The position numbers and the translations under genes are program-made. The notes under the pieces are model-generated. The model saw only the letters and a list, made by a program, of their open reading frames with translations, was not told where the DNA came from and searched no databases. 55,406 nucleotides of DNA from positions 20,282,685 to 20,338,090 of the forward strand of contig NC_069003.1 of NCBI RefSeq assembly GCF_001194135.2, written 5' to 3'. Positions 12,366 through 23,378 of this stretch are shown piece after piece. The DNA is from Octopus bimaculoides. Taxonomy: Eukaryota. How positions within the stretch are numbered: position 1 is the stretch's first letter; each line of letters opens with the position of its first letter.

Positions 12366-12791
12366 TAAATTTTTTAATATAAATAATGAGGAAGAGTAAA
12401 CATTATTTTCCATCTTACTGTTAATTGTGTTCAATTTTGAAAAATAAAAATTTATTTTATGGTTTATTATTGTTTATATTTTGAAATACATATATATGAA
12501 AAGCACCAAAATCTTTTAAGTGTTTAGGGACTCAATAGTCTTAATCTGGCCCTAACAATGTCAGTAACCAGGTCAGAGACTTTGCAATGAAAATTTTGAC
12601 ACCAAATAATAAATGTTTGAGTGAAGATGCATGGCTCAGTGACTAGAGTATCAAGCTTACAACTGTGAGGTTGAGAGTTTGAAGTATAAAAGTTTCTCTT
12701 GTGGTGTTTACTAAGCTAACAGAACATCCATGTTTAAGCAGGGATAAATATTACCTCTTAGTATTAATACTGCCTCTGTCACTAATACATA

Positions 12792-12981
12792 TGAAGGGAT
12801 GCTGACAAGTTCCTGGCTTTGGGTAAATACAGGGGGATCAGTTAATTATGATTTTATTCAATATATTCCTCTCTTAGATTCACACACTTATTTCAGTGGT
12901 CCTTCAGTTTTTTTCAGCTCTGTAAAAGAACTCAGAAGGTTTGGCCTCCAACAGGGAACAAGTACTTTTCAGCACCCCTCA
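12792..12981 (-). mobile_element. Mariner-derived internally deleted element (MITE), 190 bp
   Basis: TA|TGAAGGGATGCTGACAAGT ... ACTTTTCAGCACCCCTCA|TA (TIRs plus TA TSD); interior encodes the transposase C-terminus KCVNLREEYIE* on the minus strand. Confidence 0.85.
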
Positions 12982-13795
12982 TATTTTTTAAAACATATCA
13001 TCACTAAAACAGGTCAGCTGTGCCAAATCATCAGTGTCAGGCAGCTGAGCCTGACTGTCTCATTCCAATTTTTCAAACTGTAATTGCTTTAGTTTCAATA
13101 TACCTTCTCAACACACTTGCTAGACAAGCACATCCCTTTTCATGCAGTTCTTCATTATTTCCTGTCAGGCTACTTCCATATTCTCTATGACCTTCACAAG
13201 ATGGCCATAGCTGATAAATTATTTACCTTAGCTGTCTGTGCCTTCAATAAGTTATTTGAAAGCATGATAAATGTAGGAAGCCTCGACATATGAAACTACT
13301 TCTTCATTGATTGTATCATGTATTAAGAGTAAGTTAATGGTATTTGAAGGTAGGTAAACTGCTTCCATAAGAATGTAAACCTGAAAGGTGTCAAAATGCC
13401 AGACCTGAAACATTTCCAATTACCAACAATGTTTTAGTGTCAAGGATATGTTCTGCATTGGATAATGTCAAGGCAAATTTTCTACAGCTGGATACCCTTG
13501 CTGTCACTAACACTCACCTGTTTCTAAGTAAGGTAATATTTCCCTATGAATGGACATGTTCTCAAAGAATACTGGAAGTTAAGGATATCACTAGCATGAT
13601 GTGTGTGTGTGTGTGTGTATATATTTATATATATGTATGCATATATGTATATACACACACAATAGTGTTCCTTCAGTTTCTGTCTACCAAATCCATTCTT
13701 AAGGTCTGAGGCTACAGTAGAAGACACTTGCTTAAGCTGAACCTGTAAAACTATGTGGTTGGGAAGCAAGCTTGTTACTACACTACCAACCTGTG

Positions 13796-13855
<60 letters not shown>

Positions 13856-13879
13856 ATATATATATGTATATATGTATAT

Positions 13880-14500
13880 CCGCGAGGAGATACAGGCCCA
13901 TTAAATCCATAATCTGTGCTGAGTTTGATGAGCCTATTGTTATATTGAATAGGTTTGTGGAATCAACCCTAACCTAATTCTGATCATTATAGTTTATCAA
14001 TGTCATCCTAGCAGTCAGAATAATATCTATACCCAACTTAGGGATGACAGCAAATTTACAGGTAAATATTAATGCTTTGTTAAGTAAAATAGGGGAGATC
14101 GATGCATAGTAATTAGCTATATTGAGCAGAATAAAACTAGTGGATTTTTTTATCTTTAAGGGAATGGAACCAAGAGATCACATCTCTGGTAGAGTTCCAT
14201 AAGGGTAATGTAACATTATGCTTCACCAGAGGGATAATTCTGTCAATTATAGATTTGCCGATTCTGCCCAAATCAGATTTTGTAGGGCATATCATTCTAA
14301 TAGATGGTTTCGACTGAAAATCCATTTTATGATCCTTAAGAGTACAATGGGGGGCTTTTGGTGAGTAAGGCTGAGTTCTATCAAGCATTCCTAAATTAGA
14401 AATGAGTTCATAATGTGCATCATTAATTTCTGTCAAGGCAGCGGCCTTGGCATGCTTGTAGTTAGCATTCAGTTCTTTACTCATTATATTATGGTAAAGG
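13880..14500 (-). mobile_element. Penelope-like element reverse transcriptase fragment
   Basis: Minus translation CTLKDHKMDFQSKPSIRMICPTKSDLGRIGKSIIDRI, WNSTRDVISWF, ANYYASISPILLNKAL and NLFNITIGSSNSAQIMDLMGLYLL match PLE RT motifs (TLKDHK..NPAKSELGRISK; FYPSIS; FDVTMGSYDGAEICELVG). Confidence 0.85.
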
Positions 14501-14663
14501 TCCCATGGCACTGAATACATACATATATGTATATATATATAATACAAAGAATATATATGCATGTATACACACATATATGTACATGTGTATATAGATGCAT
14601 ATCAGGGTACAGGACGTTAGAACAATGAACACATAGGAAAACAGATAGCCACTTGGATACATA

Positions 14664-14711
<48 letters not shown>

Positions 14712-14834
14712 CATATACATACATACATATATACACACANNNNNNNNNNNNNNNNNNNNNNNNNNNATATATATATATATATATATATATATAATTGCAG
14801 GGTGAGAGCACTAAGCTGTGATAAGTATAAATGC

Positions 14835-15194
14835 AATGTTATTATCAGTTTGAATATGCTAAAAGCATGGGCGGATTTGTAAACAAGCCATTCACTATGT
14901 CTTGTCATGGAGAAAATCTCTAGCTGTAGACATGGTGTAAATATACTCAAATCAGCTTGCAGTGCTACGTACCCAGACTGTGAAATGCAAGCATTTCAGC
15001 GTAGTTATCTCCTCTTCAGTCACAGAAACTGGATGATGTCACTGCGAGCTGATAAGAGAGATAATCTCTCTTATGTTTTCCAGTTAACATGCATTGGCTG
15101 GTAGTGCAAATTGGCAGTTCATCATAATTAAATTACAGGGTGAGAGCACTCTCACCCCATATGCTTTTAGCATATTCAAACTGGTAATAACATT
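14835..15194. mobile_element. MITE-like element with 34-bp terminal inverted repeats
   Basis: aatgttattatcagtttgaatatgctaaaagcat (14835-14868) versus atgcttttagcatattcaaactggtaataacatt (15161-15194), 33/34 complementary; no TSD identified. Confidence 0.65.
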
Positions 15195-15249
15195 ATAAAT
15201 TCTCTATAAGTTCTCACAAATCCAATTTCATTCAAGATGTCGCACAGTA

Positions 15250-15400
15250 GGACTTCATAACCTGAGATCTTGAGGCAAACATACACTTAATACATATACA
15301 CACATGACAAAACAGACCTGAAGTCTCAGTGTACTAAGGCCAGCATCATGGATCGGAAAGCATGGAATAACATCATCACCAGAATCCGTCATCCAGCAGC
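15250..15400 (+). mobile_element. RTE LINE ORF2 C-terminal scrap
   Basis: Encodes ASIMDRKAWNNIITRIR, resembling the MxDRxxW end motif of RTE ORF2. Confidence 0.5.
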
Positions 15401-15466
15401 ACCCATAGCAGTGTGTTGGTTGAGAGGACAGCCTCCCCCCTCGGGTCATGGGTTAGGGAATTTACT

Positions 15467-15617
15467 TGCTGTATAGTAAGAAGCATGCTTCCCAACCACA
15501 TAGTTCTGGGTTCAGTCCCATTGCTTAGCACCTTGGGCAAGTGTCTTCTACTATAGTCTTGGGCCAACCAAAGCCTTGTGAGTAGATTTGATAGATGGAA
15601 ACTGAAAGAAACCCGTC

Positions 15618-15620
<3 letters not shown>
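15467..15620 (+). mobile_element. Family A SINE head running into a (TA)n tract and gap
   Basis: atagtaagaagcatgcttcccaaccacatagttctgggttcagtccc..ccttgggcaagtgtcttctactatag..aactgaaagaaacccgtc. Confidence 0.85.
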
Positions 15621-15649
<29 letters not shown>

Positions 15650-16656
15650 NNNNNNNNNNNNNNNNNNNNNNNNNNNNNNNNNNNNNNNNNNNNNNNNNNN
15701 NNNNNNNNNNNNNNNNNNNNNNNNNNNNNNNNNNNNNNNNNNNNNNNNNNNNNNNNNNNNNNNNNNNNNNNNNNNNNNNNNNNNNNNNNNNNNNNNNNNN
15801 NNNNNNNNNNNNNNNNNNNNNNNNNNNNNNNNNNNNNNNNNNNNNNNNNNNNNNNNNNNNNNNNNNNNNNNNNNNNNNNNNNNNNNNNNNNNNNNNNNNN
15901 NNNNNNNNNNNNNNNNNNNNNNNNNNNNNNNNNNNNNNNNNNNNNNNNNNNNNNNNNNNNNNNNNNNNNNNNNNNNNNNNNNNNNNNNNNNNNNNNNNNN
16001 NNNNNNNNNNNNNNNNNNNNNNNNNNNNNNNNNNNNNNNNNNNNNNNNNNNNNNNNNNNNNNNNNNNNNNNNNNNNNNNNNNNNNNNNNNNNNNNNNNNN
16101 NNNNNNNNNNNNNNNNNNNNNNNNNNNNNNNNNNNNNNNNNNNNTATATATATATATATACATGCATACATACATACATACATGCGTACATACATACATA
16201 CGTATGCGCGCATTTGTGTTTTGTGATGTACTAAGCGGCTTTAGCTTGTCACAGTTTCATTAACGTTAATTGCGAGCACCTTGCTGAACGATAGTCCACA
16301 ACAACATTCAAGCAAAAACAAACAATGTTGCAAAACTGATAATGAGTACCATTTTATATTGTCCCAGTCCCATGTAGAAACTGTAAAACTATCGCAGATG
16401 ACTGTCTGCTGATAGCAGTGAAGTGTATATTTTTATACTTAGGTTCTATGAGAGTCAAAGATCTGTTTTATTTTGGTGTATTTAAGGTTGTAAACAGCAA
16501 GGAAAAGTGGAGCTGTCTTCCCCTACACAAAAAATATCATTATTGATTAATATTTCTACGACTCTTTTATTTTATTTTAATTCTTCATTTTTGTGCCTTC
16601 TTTCTTGTTGCTAACGCAGTTGGATTACTTGATTAAAATAACAACAGATAACATAC

Positions 16657-16699
<43 letters not shown>

Positions 16700-16788
16700 T
16701 ATCCATTACCGCCACCGACACGTACTTACATACATTCATGTAAACACGCACATAACTTCTTTGGATCCTAATGTAAGATATTGTGTGC

Positions 16789-16850
<62 letters not shown>

Positions 16851-17068
16851 GTACATACATACATACATACATACATACACACACATACTCGTACATTTTG
16901 TGTATCTGATACTTTATCCCCTACCTTTCTTTGCGATCTGTACCGGGACTACCAACATTTCAACTATGTTATCTGCTAACCCAACTCACTTCCCGGGACT
17001 TCATCTTACTTTTAAACACTTTAAATAAACAAACAGAAACGAAAGGAAACACGCACACACAAACACGT

Positions 17069-17104
<36 letters not shown>

Positions 17105-18464
17105 GTATGTATATGGAATTTCAATCTCATGTGTATATATATATATATATAAAATGTTTCTGTATGTAAACAAATGAAATAAGCAGCTTTTGGTGGCAGC
17201 ATAATAATATAAAAGAACTGACTACATTATTATTTATTCTGATTTCGTTGCCATTCTGACACCGTCCAAACAGGAAAGACCGAAAGAAGAAAAAAAATCT
17301 ACTCATGTCTGGAAATGTCACTCGATTTCTTGTCTCCTTCATCGGATATTACACTGGATAATTATCTACATGCACACATATAACTTAATACACACGCACA
17401 CATAATTATGCGCATATATATGTATGTATACGTGTTTAAATTATAGCTTATATATATATTTTTAACTATCTTTTACACACATACAAATAGACATACATCC
17501 ATACATACGTACAAACATATAAGCATACGTACGTACGTACATACATACATTTATGCGTACATAAACACATGCACAATGAATAAGCGAACTGCTTTGATAT
17601 TCTAAAGGAGTATATTATATTTGCTTTCTGATAATGAAAACCAAAAGAAAAATAATTGTGATGATGATGATAGTGGTTAAAGGTTAGTTTTAATTTGCTT
17701 TTCAGGCTCTACAAACACATATACATACATTTATATGTATATATATGTGCATGTACATACAGATATGCACTCACACAGACGTATGTATACATAGTGTGGT
17801 GTGTATATAATATTCCATTCCCATCTTAGAAAGGGCTTCCATTTGAACCTGGCTAGCATATTGCTTTGCACTCAACGACCCTGCTCTTAGATGTGAGCAC
17901 TTCTCGCATCTTGATGGAAAATAACACTGAAACCCCTTATATTTCTTCTTTCTCCTTACAATCCATATTTATTACTTTCTAACAGCGCCTTCAACAACTA
18001 ACCATTTTCATTCTTATTCGCCGTTAATCCACAAATTTTGAATGAAGCCCTTATAAAATAGTAAAACAACGTTTTATGTATATATATATATATATATACA
18101 CACATACATCCAATCACAAAACATCCGTCGCGCGCGCGTATTATATATATATATAAAGAAACGTATTCTTCCCATAGGGAAAGAACCAGACCAAAAATAA
18201 ACCTAAAGGTTGTTCACTTTGTTGTCGACTTAAAATATACCCGTCCCCCAATTTTGTTTTTGTCTTTTTCACTAATTAATTAATGTTTACATGAATTTTT
18301 AAAATCATTTTTTAATACCCTACCATTATTCTACAAGTTAACTTCATTTATTTATTTATTTTAACCATTTTTCATTATTTCCCATCACGAAAATTGGGAC
18401 TTCTTTTCGTTTCTATTCCATTTAATTATCCTTCCTTCCTTTTTTTTTTTTAATTCAAGCATAC

Positions 18465-18617
18465 GACATCTGATGATGTTCGGATCCCTAAGGCCAGCTT
18501 GCTCTATACTTTCTACAAGAACACACACATTAAATAGACCATCATTACAAACATTATCATCTTCATCATCAGTGACAGCAGAAACTTCATATTTTACATT
18601 CTGAAGGGACATATTAC
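18465..18617 (-). CDS. Candidate coding exon of an unidentified gene: (G)NMSLQNVKYEVSAVTDDEDDNVCNDGLFNVCVLVESIEQAGLRDPNIIRC
   Basis: On the - strand: long polypyrimidine acceptor (ttgctttgtttctttttcaatcag|), 153-nt open phase 1-1 exon with non-repetitive, protein-like composition and an in-frame ATG at 18612, donor |gtatgc. No homologue recognised. Confidence 0.5.
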
Positions 18618-18885
18618 CTGATTGAAAAAGAAACAAAGCAACATGCAAAAAGAAAAAGGCAAAGAAATATACATCCAATTTACACATGATTGTAATTAAC
18701 AACTACAATAATTATAAACTGCGAGAAAACAAAAAGAACGTTTGTGAAAGTTATATAATCCCTGCTTCGATGTTCGGGAAGAAAACACGATTAAAAGGCA
18801 TTTTGGTTTGCAGTAGCAACCGTCTAAAGAAAGAAAACGGAGGTGTATACGAAAAATAGTTTAATATCCAGCCAAATCTAACTTA

Positions 18886-20034
18886 ATGAAGATGCTACCA
18901 TGTAGTTACACGAAGGGAGGAGAATTTGGACAGCGAGAGCTGTTGGAAGCGATCTCCTACGATGATGTGGACAAAGTCCGAAGATATATCAAAGAAAAGA
19001 ATGTCTGTCCATGTTTTGTCCTGGAAGGCTACAGTCCTATATGTGTGGCTTCCGAACGAGGTAATATTGATGTCTTAAATATGCTTATTGAGGCTAACTG
19101 TGATTTGGCCCAACCTGACTTTACAGACCACATTTGGTTTCGGCGACCTATCCATATCGCCGCTGCCAAGGGTCACTTGAACTATGTCCAGGCCCTTTTA
19201 AAAGTCGGTGTCGATGTCGACTGTCGAGACGGTGATGAGAAGACGGCACTGCACTGGGCTTCGACTCATGGACATGTTCAAATTGCGGAATATTTGATCA
19301 GAATGGGGGCCAGTGTGAACATAGCTCAGATGGACCGTTTTACACCGCTCCATGCTGCTACGTGCCTGGGACATTTGGATATTTGTGAACTGCTTATTCG
19401 GTATGGTGCCAAAGTCGATATGGTCGACAGAGACGGGTGGGCACCTATACACACGTCAACATGTTACGGTTACATAAAGGTTGTGGAAATGTTGATTCGA
19501 GTGAGTGCCGATATTAATCGAACTACAAACGATAACGAAACGGCTCTTCACATAGCGGCTAGCTGCGGACATTTACACATAGTGAAACTCTTAGTTAGCT
19601 GTGGAATCGATGTAGAGGGACAAACCCTTCACGGTTTCACTGCATTCCATCTGGCTGTTTATCACAATAGGTATGAAGTGGCTAAATATTTAATTACCGA
19701 AAATGTTAAACTTAACACAGCCAACAACGCAGGACATTCACCGCTATACACTGCCACATTGAGGGCAGATTCGAAAATGATCAAATTACTTGTACATTCT
19801 GGTTACAATGTAAACTCTGAGAGTTGGTTGCGGTTAAAGAACCCTCCCTTTCGGGTCAGTCCTCATGAGGAAGTTATGCTATGGCTTTTGGAACTGGTTG
19901 GTAACCCTAAGTCTCTCACCGATATATGTGCCCTCACTATTCGCCAACAACTAGGAAGGCGATTGGACAAGGTGAACGATTTAAATCTTCCAACGCAATT
20001 AAAAGAGTTGATTTCATTTGACTTCTTAAGGTAG
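18886..20034 (+). CDS. Ankyrin repeat and SOCS box-containing protein (ASB family-like), single-exon ORF, 382 aa
   Basis: Uninterrupted ATG..TAG ORF with about 8 ankyrin repeats (e.g. RPIHIAAAKGHLNYVQALLKVGVDVD, KTALHWASTHGHVQIAEYLIRMGASVN, TPLHAATCLGHLDICELLIRYGAKVD) plus a degenerate N-terminal one. C-terminal SOCS box PKSLTDICALTIRQQLGRRLDKVNDLNLPTQLKELI (BC-box SLxxxC; LxLP). The ASB paralogue cannot be assigned. Confidence 0.95.
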   Translation: MKMLPCSYTKGGEFGQRELLEAISYDDVDKVRRYIKEKNVCPCFVLEGYSPICVASERGNIDVLNMLIEANCDLAQPDFTDHIWFRRPIHIAAAKGHLNYVQALLKVGVDVDCRDGDEKTALHWASTHGHVQIAEYLIRMGASVNIAQMDRFTPLHAATCLGHLDICELLIRYGAKVDMVDRDGWAPIHTSTCYGYIKVVEMLIRVSADINRTTNDNETALHIAASCGHLHIVKLLVSCGIDVEGQTLHGFTAFHLAVYHNRYEVAKYLITENVKLNTANNAGHSPLYTATLRADSKMIKLLVHSGYNVNSESWLRLKNPPFRVSPHEEVMLWLLELVGNPKSLTDICALTIRQQLGRRLDKVNDLNLPTQLKELISFDFLR

Positions 20035-20794
20035 CTTAAAAAAAAAAAAATGATAATAATGTGTATTTATATTGTGTTGATATGACTGTTATATGTATAT
20101 GTTTTTGTGTATAATTTAGATAAAAGCTATAGGTTGAATTCTGAAAAAGAAAAAAAAAATCATGGAAAATATTCATTTAATTATTTTCTTTTTGGTCTCT
20201 CATTCATATAAAATTTGTTACTCCTTAAAATTATTTTTGGTATTTTTTATCAAAATTTTTCATTGTTTTTCAAAGAAGTTTTACTTCAGCAGCTGTCTTC
20301 TAAAAAGAAAAAGAAAAATTATAATAATAATGATAATAAGAATAACAACAATAAAACATTTGCTAATTTTTATTTTTATTTTTATTATTTTTCTCATCCC
20401 TTTATCAGGTTAAAAAAAAAAATGAGGTGAAATAACTTTACTCACTCATGTACATCTATTAAAGGTTCCTTGTTGTTTAAACGCACTCCCATTCCTCAGG
20501 GCAGACTTGCGATTAAAGAAAGTTTTGATTAGCTATTTTGTCTTTTTGCAGACAGTGTTTTTAGAACATTACACACGTCCTGTTTTTAGAGTCTAGTATT
20601 TGGTGCGAGTGAGATTTGGCTGCTATTTCTAGCATGTCGACCATCCACATAGAACAAGGATCAGCAACATTTGTTCTGTAATGACTCGCTCTTAATATAT
20701 TGTTTTACATTAACCTATTCCATCATACCATACATCTAAGATATCCCTGTGTAAACCCCTTTGCCCATTTCCATTAATAATAATACATATTTAT

Positions 20795-21125
20795 CTTTTA
20801 CTTGCACTAGTCATTGGATTGTGGCCATGCTGGGGCACCACCTTGAAAGCTTTAGTTGAGTAAATTAACCTCAGTATTTTTTTTAAAAGCCTGTCACTTG
20901 ATGAACTGCTAAGTTACAGGGATGTAAACAAAACAACTCAATTTATGATTATGTCAAGCATGATCATAAAGACACTTGTCCATGCAGGCATGCATACGTA
21001 TATACATATCCATCCATCCATCCATCCATCCATCTATCTATCTATCTATCTATTAAGGCTACCATTGGTTAAGAAAATATCTAAATATCTCAAGCTGATC
21101 ACATGGAGGAATGGTGTATGTGTGT

Positions 21126-21168
<43 letters not shown>

Positions 21169-21487
21169 TATATGTATATTTATACTACAGGCTTCTTTCA
21201 GCTCCCCATCTTCTAAATCCATTCACAAGGCTTTTGTTGGCCTGGGGCTATAGTAGAAGACACTTGCTCAAGGTGCCATGCAAAGGAGATTAAACCTAGA
21301 ACCATGTGATTGGGAAGCAAATTACTTAACCACATATATATAATGGGCTTCAACACAGTTTCCTTTTACCAGATTCACTCACAAGGCCTGGGGTAATAGT
21401 AGATGACATTAGCCCAAAGTGCTACACAGTGAGGCTTGAGCCCAAAACCATATGGTTGTAATGAGAGCTTCTTAATCACACAGCCAT
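20795..21487 (-). mobile_element. Family A composite SINE plus an adjacent second head
   Basis: 3' module at 20795-20940, microsatellite linker, head at 21185-21335, second diverged head at 21340-21487. Confidence 0.75.
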
Positions 21488-22456
21488 ACCTAAGCAAACA
21501 TTAAATCATGATGTAAAAGTCATCTTATCCCCCATGTTGGCCCCAAAATTATAAAAAACACTCCAGTGGTCCCTTTGTAGGCTACAGTTTACCTGTGACT
21601 GACCCCTGATATAGATGTCTCCTCTTTGGTTTTGATAGGTGATTCATGTTGCCATCTAGCCTTAAGTCAACCCTGATTGAGGATATTCCAGTTGTGACCA
21701 TCACATCTGATATTTTTGCTTTTTCTGTAAAGATAGTAGAATGATGGACAGATAATCGAAGAGTGATTTGGTTGCTATTTCTAGCTGGTCAATAAGCCAA
21801 CCATCCAGTGGCTCTCTCATAAACATGCAATGAGGGTGAAGTTGAATTGCTAAGGAGATAAGATCATGAATTACAAGTCTGAGGGTACAGGGTTCAAATC
21901 CACCTCATGCAAACAGGACATATTCTATAATCATCAGATCATCACTTGCTGTTGTTGTTTAGTCCCAGGTCAGCCATGACTGAGCATATCTATAATCAAA
22001 AGTGGTCTAGCCATGATGAACATCCTATCATTTGTTTTAAATATCCAATGTGTTCTTGAAACAATAGGGTACAGTCTAAATTAAGAAGTTTATTTTACCT
22101 CCATGTGGTTCAGGCTTTCAGCCCCATTACATGTTACTTTAGGAAAATTTTCTACTGTAGCCTTGGGTGAACCACTGTCATATGTAATTTGGTAGACAGA
22201 AATCATGTAGAAGTCTGCAGATGGACTGTTCTTGCTCTGTGGCAGTTGACTTAATCCTTCACATGGATTAACACGACAATATAGTTTTTCAGAAACCATT
22301 TTGTTTGAAGCCTTCAGATCAGGTTTTTAATCTAAAAATAACTTTTTCCTGTGATTCAGGAGACCCTTGAAAAGATCAGGTGCACTGCTTGAATTCATGC
22401 AATTGGACTGAAAAAAAAAAAAAAGAACAAACGAAAAGAAAACAAAATCCATTTAT

Positions 22457-23378
22457 TTGACCCTTTTCTTACCATATTTCTGTTAAAATATGGCAACATG
22501 TGTCCATGTTTCAATTAATTTTGAAAAGAATGAAGAATAGCAATTTAGCAAAATATCTTTGTCATTTATTAAGCTGGTGTTTGGAACATAAATTAACATT
22601 AAATTTAATCCATTTGTTACTATATTTCTGTTGAAATATACTGCTTTTGTTTCAATTAATTTTGAATGTAACGAAGAATTTAATAAAATATCTTTGTCAT
22701 TATTAAGCTAGTATTTAGAACGTATATTAACATTTACATTGATGGAAGAAGGTTTTAATTTAGTTCATTTCAAAACAGGAAGTTTTGTATCATAGACAGT
22801 CTCAGGTGAGTTACAGAACACAGACTTAGTCATAATGCTTAGCCTTTTTGTTACCAAGTTTCTTTTGAAGTTTACTGCCTTTGTTTCAATGAATTTTGAA
22901 AATAATGAAGAATATTGAAAAATAATTTTGTCATTATTAAACTTGCTTCCCAACCACATGGTCCCAGGCTCAGTCCCACTGCGTGGCAATTTGGGCAAGT
23001 GTCTTCTTTAGCCTTGGGCTGACCAAAGCCTTGTGAGTGGATTTGGTAGACAGAAACTGAAAGAAGTCTACTGTATATATATATATATATATGTATGAAC
23101 ATGTGTGTGTCTGTGTTTGTCCCCCACCCCCGCTTGACAAATGGTATTGGTGTGTTTATGTCCCCATAATTTAGTGGTTTGATAAAAGAGATTGATAGAA
23201 TAAGTACCAGGCTTTAAAAAAAAAGGTACTGGTCGCAGTCTAATGACTAAAACCAGTAAAAGATAAAAGATGCAATTTTGTTGAAAGAAGGTTTTAATTT
23301 AGATCATTTCAAAACTAGAAGAAGATAGTCTCATAGCAGCAGGGGTGATCTCCAGGAGGTTGGTACCAAAAGAGTTAA
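22457..23378. mobile_element. Cluster of three TTAA-type piggyBac-like MITEs, family 2; third copy interrupted by a SINE
   Basis: Copies start ttga-cccttttcttacca (22457), ttaa-tccatttgttacta (22605) and ttag-cctttttgttacca (22839), share gtttcaattaattttgaa..gaagaat..tttgtcattattaagct, and the last ends tggtaccaaaagag-TTAA (23378). Confidence 0.7.
22941..23270 (+). mobile_element. Family A composite SINE (5'-truncated) inserted in a MITE
   Basis: cttgcttcccaaccacatggtcccaggctcagtccc..; ends gactaaaaccagtaaaagataaaaga, after which MITE sequence resumes. Confidence 0.85.

Noticed and set aside
13438-13532. + strand exon candidate (SRICSALDNVKANFLQLDTLAVTNTHLFLSK)
   Set aside because: No compatible neighbour found and it overlaps the - strand candidate; kept only as a competing hypothesis.
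18881-20040. TTAA on both sides of the ASB ORF as piggyBac-style capture
   Set aside because: No terminal inverted repeats; TTAA is very frequent in AT-rich DNA.
20446-20505. - strand exon candidate with a gtgagt donor just beyond ASB
   Set aside because: Stop codons in all three frames; could only be non-coding.
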